Source of the DNA: Epiperipatus broadwayi
Taxonomy: Eukaryota; Animalia; Onychophora
DNA length: 64,000 nucleotides
NCBI GenBank assembly: GCA_028023455.1
Contig: JAQFVV010000006.1
Coordinates: 7,502,001-7,566,000, forward strand
Direction: 5' to 3'
Both the position numbers and the translations under genes were made by a program. Below are positions 24,664 through 40,181 of this stretch, piece after piece (position 1 is the first letter of the stretch; each line of letters starts with the position of its first letter). Under the pieces are notes generated by a model. That model worked only from the letters and a program-made list of their open reading frames with translations, had not been told where the DNA came from and did no database searches.

Positions 24664-26514
24664 TGAGTATGTGCTAGGTAGGGATTTTATACACAAACCT
24701 TCTTGCATCCATTGATTACTCTGGCATGCACTGAGTGGCACTACTGTATGGAGAGTTTTGCCTGTTTTAACAGTTTGAGCAAACATAAAAAATGATGATC
24801 ACGTAAGATATATTTTCCTGTTGACTATTTTTGGCAAATAGAATTCTACCTGCATAGAGAAATAATTTATCTACCACAAGTGGGTATATTGGAAAATTCA
24901 TTTTATTTATATTTAATACTTAGATTTAGAATGCTTAATTTAGTTGTCTAGTTTCAGCGTAGTACTTTTAAATATTCCAAGATAAAATAAAAATTAGTTT
25001 GATTCCTTAAACATACCCCCCCCCCCCCCAAGACTTTATTAAAATAACGAAAGTGATTTTAATATTGGTTTGGCTTAAGTTAAATTGTCAATCTCTCTTC
25101 TAAAGAAAAGTTTTTAAAAAGAATACTCAAGCAGAGCTATTACAAGTAATTTGGAAAGTATTTATAATTTATGTACTTGATAACGATGGACTTGGTTGGG
25201 CCATTTATGAATCATCATAATTCAACACCCCATATGTTGTAATTGATTTCTTAATGTGCATGTGTGAAATACAGAAACATTTCCTGGATTTTTGTGCTTG
25301 CATTTATTTATTGCTTTTGTGTGGACAAACTATTCTTAACTATAATCGTTTATTGTTACTCCTGCCTTGCAAGTCTTCAATTAACTATTGATTTAATGAT
25401 AAATTTAAATGAAATAATATTCTGAACCCCAGATGAGTGCAAAAATAAAGTTATTCTAATGAATACAAGAAAAAAATTGTGGGGAACCCCTGAGGTGAGA
25501 ATCTTACAGCTTTCTATAAAGAGAAGACGTCCTTGAATAAATGTACATTTTTATACTTGAATGAATGTAGATTTTTGTGCAAAGAAAAATAAGATATTCT
25601 CTGAAAATAAGCCTAAGAGTATCTTTTGGAACAAAAATGAATATAAGACAGCATCTTATTTTCAGGGACACATGGTATCCAAAGCTCCTCATTGATAGAA
25701 ACCAAAAGCTATAAACTAGTTTGGGGATATTGGGTAGGGAAACACTGGGTAAGAATGTATTAAGCACTATAATCTAGCATCTACTTATTACTAAAACTTA
25801 CACTAGGTGGCACACGTGTGGCAAAAAATTGCTGCTGAACAGCATTGTATAAGATGGTGTCACATGATGTTTAATTAATTGTATACAAATCCTGACTAGG
25901 GAATCAAGGTATCTATAGTTGTCAAAAACTAAGGACATCATAATATGTAAACATTGAACTGATTTCAAATCTATATAATCATACAAGCATGCTGATTTAA
26001 ACTGAAAAGAAAAATATATTTTTAGATTTGGGCTAATTGTTTGATAGTAAAATAAAAAAAATAAAAGATGGATGCTAGAGGAAAAGTGTATTAGATTATA
26101 AAAGATTCAGGGGCCCTGCTTCAAGATCCTGAGCTCCTAACTGATAAAAGCCATTAATTTAGTAATATTGAATGGGACTGAACTTGGAGGAATTTAGCAA
26201 GTGAACAATCTAGCATCTATTGAATAATAAAACTTTAACTAGGTGATATAAATGCAATAAGAAAAATGAATTTGTTGCTGAAAAAGTTAAATAAATAAAA
26301 AAAAAAAACATCGACTATCTTCTCCAAACAACTTATTTTGCTTTACTTTCAAGAGCATATATTTCAAAAATACATGTTCTATACTCTTTCTCCCAATATT
26401 GATATAAATTGTATGAAGACTTTAAACTTTTATCCTAATTCCATTTCATTTTCAAAGCATTCAAAACTCTTGTATTTCATCAAATAACAGTAAATCATTA
26501 TTTTCCTGAAGGTT

Positions 26515-26870
26515 TGTGATGATAGTGTAAAAAATTAAAAGGCTGAAGTGGAGTTGGGCTGGACATATTTCTAGAAGATATGATAATAGATGGACAATTG
26601 AAATCTTAAATGGGATTCCTAGAGTAAAAGATCCAGAAAGAGACCACATGTGAGATGGATGGATGAAATAAAAATGTGTGCAAGGGCAATGTGGAGAAGA
26701 AAAGCTAAAGATCAAAAAACATGGATTGAATTTGGAGAGACCTTCATCTTGCAGTGGATTGATAATGGTTGATGGGCAATGTGGAGAAGAAAAGCTAAAG
26801 ATCAAAAAACATGGATTGAATTTGGAGAGACCTTCATCTTGCAGTGGATTGATAATGGTTGATGGTGATA
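26515..26870 (+). mobile_element. RTE-clade 3' fragment with a 90-bp terminal tandem duplication
   Basis: LKWSWAGHISRRYDNRWT...RWMDEIK...KTWIEFGETFILQWIDNG; 26683-26772 is repeated at 26773-26862. Confidence 0.8.
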
Positions 26871-28084
26871 CAACAATAAATCATGTTTTTTAATATATTT
26901 AACTCTAACATATTTTCTTTCCCTAACATTACCTTTTTTGTTGCTCTAATATATTTACTTTCTCTTCATATCCTCAAATCCAATAGATTCTCCTCATGCC
27001 TATTCTTTTTTTATATTTTTAATATCATACTCATCATTGCCATCCCATCTAATTAAGACAGCTTTTAGTAATATATTTCCTTCTATATATTGTAATTTTA
27101 CAAACTATTTTAATTTTTCTTCTTTAAAAAAAATCAACTCCATTTCATTTTGATGAGAATCATTTGTTGTCCACAATTCACAACCGAATAAAGTTCTACT
27201 TCCTTCCTTTTGAACTCAATTCAAAGGTATTTCAAGTTCCAAACCAAATATTATGCATCAGTGGAAAATATCTACTGATTGGTCCAAAATAAATAAAGGA
27301 AATAAATGTAAGAGTTATAACATTTATTATAACTATTTAAACTAAATCTGTGCATATAATTTGTCAATTGAAATATCAGGCTCATAATAAGTTCAAATCC
27401 TGATTTAAGCACTGTCGGTAAGTGTCGGTTCATATAAAAATAAGCTCCAAGTATAAGTGTTACACTTTTACTTTAAAAACATGTATTGACGGATGAGTGC
27501 AGATAAATTTAATCCAATAGTGCAAGTGTGAAGATTAATTACAATTATATACATTGCTAAATTAATTATCTACATGTATTCAAACTAACATAGTTCAAAA
27601 TCACAGGTATTTAAAAATGAAAAATGTTCCCTTCTCTGTGATATAGAAACTAAATTTGAACAAATAATATGTCTATTGGAATATCAGGCTTATAATAAAT
27701 CCAAGACCTGATTTAAGCACTGGCAATATGGGTTGGTTCACATAAAAATAAACCCTAAGCATAAGTGTTGCATTTATGCTTTTAAAACAATTATTGATGG
27801 TGAGTGCACTTAATCTAGCACAAATGTGAAGATTAATTTACTTCCACAAGATATATATATATATATATATATGTAAACAAGATATATATATATATATATA
27901 TATGTAAACAAGGTATGAAAATTTAAATTTGTATATTTGCCATTATGTGTTACCTTGGCACTCTGTACAAACAATTCAGTAAAGTTTTGTAACCTTGGTA
28001 TATCAGTGTCTCATAGCTGTCTTCCTGCTCGCATGTGGAAGTATCATGGCAAGTGACATTCATTGTTACTTTGCATTTTTGTGT

Positions 28085-28680
28085 GTTATTGCAATTGAAT
28101 TAGAGCAATGAGAAAACACTAAATTTCTTGTTAAATTTGACAATAATGCAAATGAAATCAGGGCATAGTTCAAGTCCGTGGGAATAATGCAATGACGAAA
28201 AGGGCAGTATACAAATCAATTAAATGTTTTCTGAGGAAAAAGAAAGTGTCACTGATGAAAACAGTCCAGGGCAGTCATTAATGAGCAAAACTGAATGGAC
28301 ACTGTGAAAATTTATCGAACTGTGCATAAAAATTGTTGCCTGACTGTAACAACTATAACAGACTGAGTAACCATTGACAGAGAAACAGGAAATCTTAACC
28401 AAAAATGTCACGAGAAAGGTATGTGCAAAAATGCACCACTTCACATGATGTTATTCATTTGGAGTTTTTACCCAATAAACAAATAACTCTATTGAAGCAT
28501 CCTTCCTATTCACATTCACATGATCTGGTCACCAATGATATTTTTTCTTTACCCAAAGTTAACTTGAAGATATTTTGATGAGACAGCACTGATGGGCATT
28601 CCAGAAAGAATTCCAAAATTGATTTGAAGAATGGTTAGGCACTGGTGAGGTATGTGGCTCTGTAACTAAGATAAATTTGC
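28085..28680 (+). pseudogene. Decayed, internally deleted mariner transposase
   Basis: Frame-hopping translation gives ELEQ..KFLVK..ANEI...AVYK...SVTDE..PGQ...RKVCAKM and a C-terminal IPER.FQN.FEEW..HW segment. Confidence 0.7.
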
Positions 28681-31049
28681 ACAATTTAATTGACAGACAT
28701 TGCGTGTATATATATTTACATACAACAGTAGTAGAAATTCATCAACAGCAAGGGTAAGCAAAAGCTACAAACGTTAGTTTTGCTTCCTGATAGAAAAGTA
28801 CTGAGAGTGAAAAATGAAGTGATTCGCACTGCAAAGATTTACATGCTTCTGCTAACCGTGGATTGCCTTGCGAAAGGTCTTTATATTTCTTTATTGCCAA
28901 CAACTCCCTTCTGTGTATTCTAGTGTGCTTGATTGCTATGAGATTGGTCTACTAGAGTATTTTCATATTATCAATTAATATTGGCAGAGTATCAAGATGC
29001 TCCCATGACAATAATAAATAAAATCAATCTAGTGAGATAATCCTTAATACATAGTATGGATCATAATTCTTATCCTTAAAAGAAAAAAAAAAGGATAAAT
29101 TAGAAGAACCATTATAGCTAAGTATATAAAGTTTGTACTGACTATTACCTTTAGCCAAGTAATCTAATTGGTCAATGTCCGTTACAATTCAGAATTCGCA
29201 AGTCTAAAGGGTACGAGTTCAATTTCTACATAGGGCTGGCACTGGTTGGGTTAGCAATAGTTGAAGAGAAAGAACCTTGTGTTATATACTTATGTGCGTG
29301 TTACAACTAGAACAATGGTTTTGGAAAAATATAAAAACACTGACGTTTAATAATTTAACTAAATGGTGGAAATAATCTGACCACTGGCATTTGAATGTCA
29401 TTTAACTTCCTGAATAACTGACCAGTAGTTATTTCACTATGAGCGGTTTAGCGCAGTGAACAGATTTCCGTTGTTTGAACATCGCACATGTGACAACCCG
29501 AGCAACTAACTTTTCGATAATATTTATATATTATTAAATAAAATACCACAGCTTTCACATAATTAAAAGCTTTCGTTACTTTATAAATATATAAAACAGA
29601 AAAATAGATAAAAAGATCTAGAAATTATTTAAATGGTATAAAAACTAATATTTTTTCCATCATCTATTTCTTAATTGATTTATATTTTCTCAAATTCGTT
29701 TCTAACAGAATAAAATATTCCATTTAGAATACAAATGTGTTTAATGCAAAGGTTTACTTTGATTATTGATTAGAATGGATTATAATTCAAAAAGACCACG
29801 GTTGTAACAATGAACTGGTAATTACCTTTTTCCTGTCTAATAAATAATCAAGTCACATCAAACATATTGTAACAAATTAGATTGATTATTGGAAGAAAAA
29901 AAGAAATTGCTAATTAGGATACTAATTATCTTTATATTTAATATGATCCTACTTCTGAATAAGTCAATTTTGAGAGAGAGAAGCGAATTTCTAGCCATTA
30001 AGGTCATGTGATCGTATTCAGGAGATTTTAAATCTATTTTCTTAAGCGTTTTTACAATGAGATTGAAAATATATAAACTGAAAAATAAATAATTATAACA
30101 GTAATGTACAAATATATCACTCCTTATCAATTTTATGGTTTTTATTTCGTCTATACTTATACAATCCTATTTAATTCTCTGGCTTACACAATATGCCATG
30201 AACAAGATTAACTGTCTACTCTAGTGCCATCTACAGTAAATTTGAATAAACCATGACTGCTAGATGGTAGTGCATTCAAACCACCATCATCATACCGGTT
30301 TATGGCATTGGCCTTTATCAATGAAAGCTTAGAAATTTGAATAATCAATGATTACCACATGGTAATGCCTTTCAATACCAATCTGTAGAGCAATTTCCTA
30401 CTTTTGACTTTATCATGGGCAACTTGGAAATGTGATCCCAAATCTGAAGGATAATACAAAAAAAAAGCCAGAAACTAATATGAGGATAAAATACATTATC
30501 ATTCTGTAATCACAAATTACTCAAACTTGAATCAGAACTACACTTGTTTATCATCTGTGTTTATCAAATTGAGTAATTGGAACTTTCTTTTTTAAATCAT
30601 TCTACTCAAATCATCGGGGCAAGCATGAAGCACCAAGAGATGCCAGGTTTGCACTACCATCTGGTGGTCATTAATTACATAAACTTACACAGATGGTTCT
30701 AGAACAGTATGCTACTTCAGAAGTTAATTTTCAAAATATTAATATATTAAACCTAAGTGTTTATAAGCAAAATTCAAAACATTAAGAATACCTCAGAGAT
30801 ATCCATTACAGTGGTAATTATGGAATAATAATTATCATATTACAAATTTGAAAAACAAGAAGAAAAAATTTCTTGTTTTTTTCCTTCTCTTCAATCAATT
30901 TGGCTGCTTGTGAAATCACCTCTTAATCAAATCCCAAAGATCACTACCATGATCATAAAAACCTATTGTGATTTTAGTAAACATTACTAGTTAATATCAA
31001 TTTTCATTTCAAATGCCCCAGGTATTCCAAAAGTAACAATAACACTTCT

Positions 31050-31620
31050 AAACAAGGCAAAATTCTCCATACAGTAGTGTCACCCTGTGCCAACCAGAGT
31101 TTTGCCTTGTTTATAAACAATTATGTGCTAGTATAAGTGATGGTGATCATGTGATGCTTAATGGTTTAACACCAATTCTGCCTAATAGGATAGTGGTGGC
31201 TATGGTTGTTAAAGATTAAAAGACACCAAAATGTATGGGTGCTGAACTGAGTTCAGACTCATATGTCTATATGAGCTATTGAGCTTAGATTGAAAATATT
31301 TTTGTGTTTTCAATTTCATTCTCATAGTTTTATAGTTAAATAGAGATAAAAGGTGGTTGCTGGAGGGTTGCATTAGATCCTAAGATCTAGGTGCAGTACT
31401 CTCAGGTCCAAAGCTCCTCACTGAAGAAGGCCACAAGCCAGAAACTAGTCTGGGAATATTGGGTGAGTAGGCATTAGATAGGGATTTTATGCACAAGCCT
31501 TCTGGCATCCATTGATTACTCTGGTTGGCACAGGGTAGCACTACTGTATGGAGAGTTTTGCCTTCTTTATAAACAATTATGTGCTAGTATAAGAAATGGT
31601 GATCATGTGATGCTTAATGG
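31050..31620 (+). mobile_element. Family B: inverted 3' fragment followed by ~1.15 tandem units (period ~456 bp)
   Basis: GAGTTTTGCC recurs at 31097 and 31553; inversion near 31100. Confidence 0.85.
31407..31463 (+). ncRNA. Minimal type I hammerhead ribozyme, family B
   Basis: TCCAAAGCTCCTCA-CTGAAGA-A-GGC(CACAA)GCC-A-GAAA-CTAG-TC^-TGGGAATATTGGG; predicted cleavage after 31450. Confidence 0.78.
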
Positions 31621-32059
31621 AATAACACTTCTCATAACTTAATGGAAAAATTGTATGATATGAAATAAATTATGAATAATATCCAACCAGAGACAACACA
31701 AGATTATTTTTCATCCTAAGCATAATCAGTAGCTAATACCATTTCCAAAAGAAACAATAATAACAATAAATAAGATTAAGAAAAAATTGTTATATAAGAA
31801 ACAATAATAACAATAAATAAGATTAAGAAAGAATTGTTATATAGAAAAATAAAAAACACAATGGAGTTTTCATTTGGTATTCAGAAGTTAGGATCCTCTG
31901 CATTTTTAAAGAGAAATTCTTATCATTTATTCTATAAATATATATAATTAACAAATCAAATTCCCTCCCGCTTTTAAAATTATGTAAATGAACTAAGCAT
32001 ATATAAGAACAAATACGAAAAGACAGATATATCATCTGTCTTTCGGAGAGTTTATTTAT

Positions 32060-32390
32060 TAAAACAGGCAAAACTCACTATATATATATATATTGCCACA
32101 CACAGCAAGCTAGAGTAATCAATGGATGCCAGAAGGCTTGTGCATAAAATCCTCTTCTAGCGCCTCTTCATCCAATAACCCCAGACTAGTTTCTGACTTA
32201 TGGCCTTCGCCAGTGAGGAGCCTTGGATGAGTAGGCACTAAATGAGGATTTTATGCACAAGCCTTCTGGCATCCATTGATTACTCTAGCTTGCTGTGTGT
32301 GGCAATATATATAGTGAGTTTTGCCTGTTTTAACAACAGTTATACACAAGCATAAGAGGAGGTGATCATGTGATGTTTATTGGCTTAGAG
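32060..32390. mobile_element. Family B foldback with a mutated hammerhead core (CTGGCGA)
   Basis: Minus-sense copy 32060-32227 is joined at TTGGA (32223) to a plus-sense copy. Confidence 0.8.
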
Positions 32391-33411
32391 TTTATTTATG
32401 TTATATAACTCATTGGAAGCTTCAGTTATTTGCTGTTCACAGTGCATATAATTTGAGCTGTTATTATTTATCGAAAAAAGATGTAAATTTCCAATAGACT
32501 AAATCAATATGTATTATAATAAATTATTAATGCATAATAATAATAAAATATTTTGCAAATCTAATAAGGAAAAAAAAAGGCCTTTTATAATTGAAAAAAA
32601 AAATTATTGTGGATTTAATAATTTGTAAGCTTACTGACCAGAAATCTTTCTAGAACTATATTAATCTCTTAATCTCAATGTTTGAGTCTCTTTGAATTCC
32701 TCAAACTGTTTAGTTTTTCATTTCAATCCAGTCAGCTTTTAAGCATCAGTAACAAACTCCAGTCAAAAATCAAGTCATGCAAAGCTTCAAATCATCATTA
32801 TCATCTTCAAATTACCATCTACTATCAACTTTGAGAAATGGCATGATATCTTTTCACTATTGAGAAATTACAGTACAGAAAGCTTGAATGATATACCTCT
32901 GACAGGTTATTATATGTCATAGTTATATACAGTTCCAATCTTCTCTGGTGGTGCTTTGGATAGCACTAGTTTCATGCATGTCTCCGAATCTGTGAAAGAC
33001 TGATGATGATGCCATTTCTCCAAGTTATGATCTCTCTGATAAATAACAAAAATATGCTTTTCCTTATACCAAACCCTGGTTTTTGCTTATTAAAAGTGGT
33101 TTTCTGTATAGGTTTTTTTTTTCTGTTTTAGGGCCCATCTCCTGATTACAGCATCTTAAGTATAACTAATGTTTTTTTTTTTCATACTAGCACGTCTTTT
33201 TTATTAATTAAATATAAAATTAAGGCTTTCATGAAATCTTTTAACAATTTCTTTTAAAAAAATACAATCCAAACTTTTTGTATTATTGATAAGCTCTTCA
33301 ATTCCATAACTTTCCTTTAATTTTCATAAAAACAGATTTTTCTATATCTCTTTTATACAAAAATATATAAAAAGAATTATGCATAACATATTCAAAAACT
33401 CTGTCAGATAA

Positions 33412-33745
33412 TGAAAATTATTCTTCATGTATAAAGGGTGATAAACAGAGTAGCTGAAATTCAAAAAAACATTAATCACAAAAAACTATTTGCAAGCGCT
33501 TTCAGTACTGTGTACAAGAATCATGACAACATATACAGTTCCAATATGTCACCCTGATTCTGGTACACGCTCCTGAAAGCACTTGGCAAATAGTTTTTTG
33601 TGATTAATGGTTTTTGAAGCCCAATATGTCACCATGATTCTGGTACACAGTACAGAAAGCGCTTGGCAAATAATTTTTTGTGATTAATGTTTTTTGAATT
33701 TTAGATACTTCCATTTACCACCCTTTATACATGAAGAATAATTTG
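33412..33745. repeat. Foldback element with a 79-bp tandem duplication in its right arm
   Basis: AATTATTCTTCATGTATAAAAGGGTG / CACCCTTTATACATGAAGAATAATT ends; CCAATATGTCACC occurs twice. Confidence 0.85.
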
Positions 33746-33824
33746 CATAACATATTCATAAGTTTAAAAACCAATTACAACTTTTCAAATTATTTAGAGT
33801 GTTGAATACAAATCTTAAAGGTTA

Positions 33825-34005
<181 letters not shown>

Positions 34006-36760
34006 GTTTCAAAGAAAATAACTTTATTGATGACCATAGGGTTACATTTGCCATAAGACACTTCGTATACATATATTTACATTGCTAGTGAGTAAACCAA
34101 GTTTAAGTTTGTATCTGTGATGTACAAAAAAAAATTAAATTAGGAGGGAAAGATATTTAAACATTGTTAAGGGGAGTGAAAAATACATATGTATATGTTA
34201 CATTTGTGAGCGCTGCTTGCTGTAATCAGAGTTCTCAAAAGTCTTGGGTTATCATTGTTCAATTTGCAAAACTTCAACTTGTATGTATATTGCAGTTCTG
34301 GGTTTAGTTTGCTTTCCAGTATTTGAGTTCTGATTTTGTTGTTCCTGTCCTCTATATTAATCGTATGCAATCAAAGACGACATTCTGTTTTTTATTTGTA
34401 GATACTTGCCACATTTATTTTTTATTTTTTTAAATATTTGGTTGATGGCATAGATTGTTGGTTATTGGGAGCCATCTTAGAGGTTTGATTGTTGTGTTAT
34501 CAGTGACCAGGTTGCTGCGTAGATGTCTGGATGTGCAATTTTATTGTCTCTGGCTCGTAGTTTTGCCAGTTTGATATTGAAAGTTGATGGATGTCGCCTT
34601 GTGTTGTTACCTAAAGTGAATGTGCATCTAGTGCACCAGTATGCATAAAGCACAAAAGTGGCTGCATGGACTGATGGAATAGAGCCTTTGCAATATGCAT
34701 TAAAGATTGTTTGAAGGGTTGTGTTAGATTGTCTATATGCTCCTATCATAATAAATCGAATTCTGTCTAGTGCCGGACAAAGATAGAATAGATGTTCCTG
34801 GGTTTCTTCAGCCCTGTGACACAGGGGACAAAAAGGATCAATGTTAGTGTATAGTCTCCGATATCTCAGAAAATATGTCATGGGCAGTGCATGTAGGTTT
34901 AGTCTCAGCAAAAAATCAAAATATTTTGGCTCCAGGGACCATTTTTTAAACTTACGGAGTAATTGTAGATTATTGATTTTCAGCATTGTCAGATTGGTAT
35001 CATGGCTTGGATTTGGATGGATTAATGAATAAATTTGCCAGTATGAGTGCTTGTATATTGTCTGAAGAGATATCTGTGGGGCTGTGCTTTTTATATGATT
35101 GATCATTGATGCTAGTTGGTCATAGGCAGGGGGTGGTCTATCTGTTGGAGTTATTTGAAGTAGGCATTCAAGCATTGGAAAGTGTTTGACTGTGGATGCT
35201 ATTAAGTTTGTGGCCTTCTGTAGATGGAAAATATAAATACTGTGAAGTCCTAGTCCATTGTGAATAGGTGGTCTGGTAAGTTGTTTTGCAGATATTGACA
35301 CAGTCTTCCGCTGCCACAAGAGCTTATTACATAGAGAAGAGATTTTGTTAATAAAACCTTTAGAAAAGGAGATAATGGGTGAGTAATAGGTGATTTTTGT
35401 TATGGCTAGCTGGTTAAATAGCTGGATCTTGGAGTATATTGAAAGATATGCCTTTGAGAGTGAAATGGTAATTCGTTCTGTTTCTTCTTTGAGTTTATTC
35501 TGGATCTTGACCCTCATTGCACTTGCACTCATATAAAAGGGAAATCCCAAGAAAGCAGATGGCTTTCCCCCATACATGCCTGTGCACTGCTTTGCATTAT
35601 AAAGAGACCAAACTGCAGTCTTATTTAGATTGACCCTGAGTTTGTGTGTGGCTGCAAATTCTTGTAGTATTGTATGCAAGGCTGGTAGGCGTTTTTTAGA
35701 TGGGAGGAAGACAGTTATATCATCCATATAAGCGATACATGTTACCTGCTGAGATGTGTTTGGTATTTGGATGCCAATGAATGTTTGCTGGATTTTTACT
35801 AATAGAGGGTTGATGTAAAAAGTGAAAAGTAAAGCACTCAGGGGGGATCCTTGTGAGATCGATTGTGTTGGAGTAAAAGATTCAGAATTTTTGCCACTGA
35901 GTGTAATATGTATATCCCGATTTAACAACAAGTTGGTTATAACATATAAAAGAGTGCGAGGTATTTCAGTGGCAGCCAACATTTTAATTAATATCTCGAT
36001 TGCCACAGAATCAAAAGCTGACTCAATGTCTATTTGAACTGCAACTGGGCTGTATTTTTTCCGGCCTCGCACCGACCCCAATACAGCTTTGAAAAGAAGT
36101 GCTGCCTGTCCTGTAGATGATTGCTTTCTTGCAAACTGATATGGTGAAATCAATGGGAGCAGATATGGCTCAATCCTGTCTTTAATGACTTTCTCAATGA
36201 TCTTGATGGCTATTGGGCACATGGAGATAGGCCTAATATTATTAAGGGTGGTTATTGGAGCTGGTTTCTTATTAAATGGTACTATTGCAATTGGATAAAG
36301 ATTTTCAATGTTGTATATTTTTTGTGAGAGATAGTTTGCAAGATTACATAATACTTGAGTAGTTGTATGGCTAAGGTGCTCATACACAAATTTTGGTATG
36401 CCATGAGTGCCTGGATGACAGGCATTGGGCAGAGTGGCAAGCTTCGAAGCAAATTCATTAGTGGTAAATGGTGTATTTGTTTCCGGTGATCCAAAATAAT
36501 CCGGTGGTGGGTTGAAGAGTTGATGGGTCTGAAGATTCTGTTTGAAATGCTTATAAATAGGTTCAATCATGTTATGTGCTGCATGTATAGTTGTTCCAAT
36601 TTGAAGTGCCATAGGCACTCTAATGGTGGAGGGAAAACCCATGGCCCATCTGATGTAGCCTCTAGTCCATGTATGTTGTTGACTGAGGCAGATTTTGCTT
36701 TTTTTGATGGCTAGATAGTCTTTAAGTGCTGCACATGTGCTGTTATATGTCTGGGTGAGA
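34006..36760 (-). mobile_element. 5'-truncated L1/Tx1-like non-LTR retrotransposon with an uninterrupted RT + C-terminal CCHC zinc-knuckle ORF (34477-36760) and a 470-bp 3' UTR
   Basis: RT motifs IRPISM, QIDIESAFDSV, SQGSPLSALLF and YMDD; NGLGL thumb motif; CPLC-x4-ETQEHLFYLC. AATAAA (34023-34028, minus) lies just before an (AAT)n tail. There is no endonuclease because the 5' end is cut at a (TAA)n tract. Confidence 0.9.
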
Positions 36761-36809
36761 TAATAATAATAATAATAATATATAATAATAATAAACACAT
36801 ATCAGCATA

Positions 36810-36843
<34 letters not shown>
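36761..36843. repeat. (TAA)~11, a 17-bp unique spacer (AACACATATCAGCATAT), then (ATT)~11
   Basis: Read directly; two opposed microsatellite tracts. Confidence 0.93.

Positions 36844-40181
<3,338 letters not shown>

Larger units (their letters stand above)
24130..24800. mobile_element. Family B head-to-head palindrome with two divergent hammerheads
   Basis: Arms ~24135-24425 and ~24450-24775 are reverse complements of each other. Confidence 0.85.

Noticed and set aside
34841-36714. Short ORFs overlapping the L1/Tx1-like RT
   Set aside because: Shadow frames of the real RT ORF.
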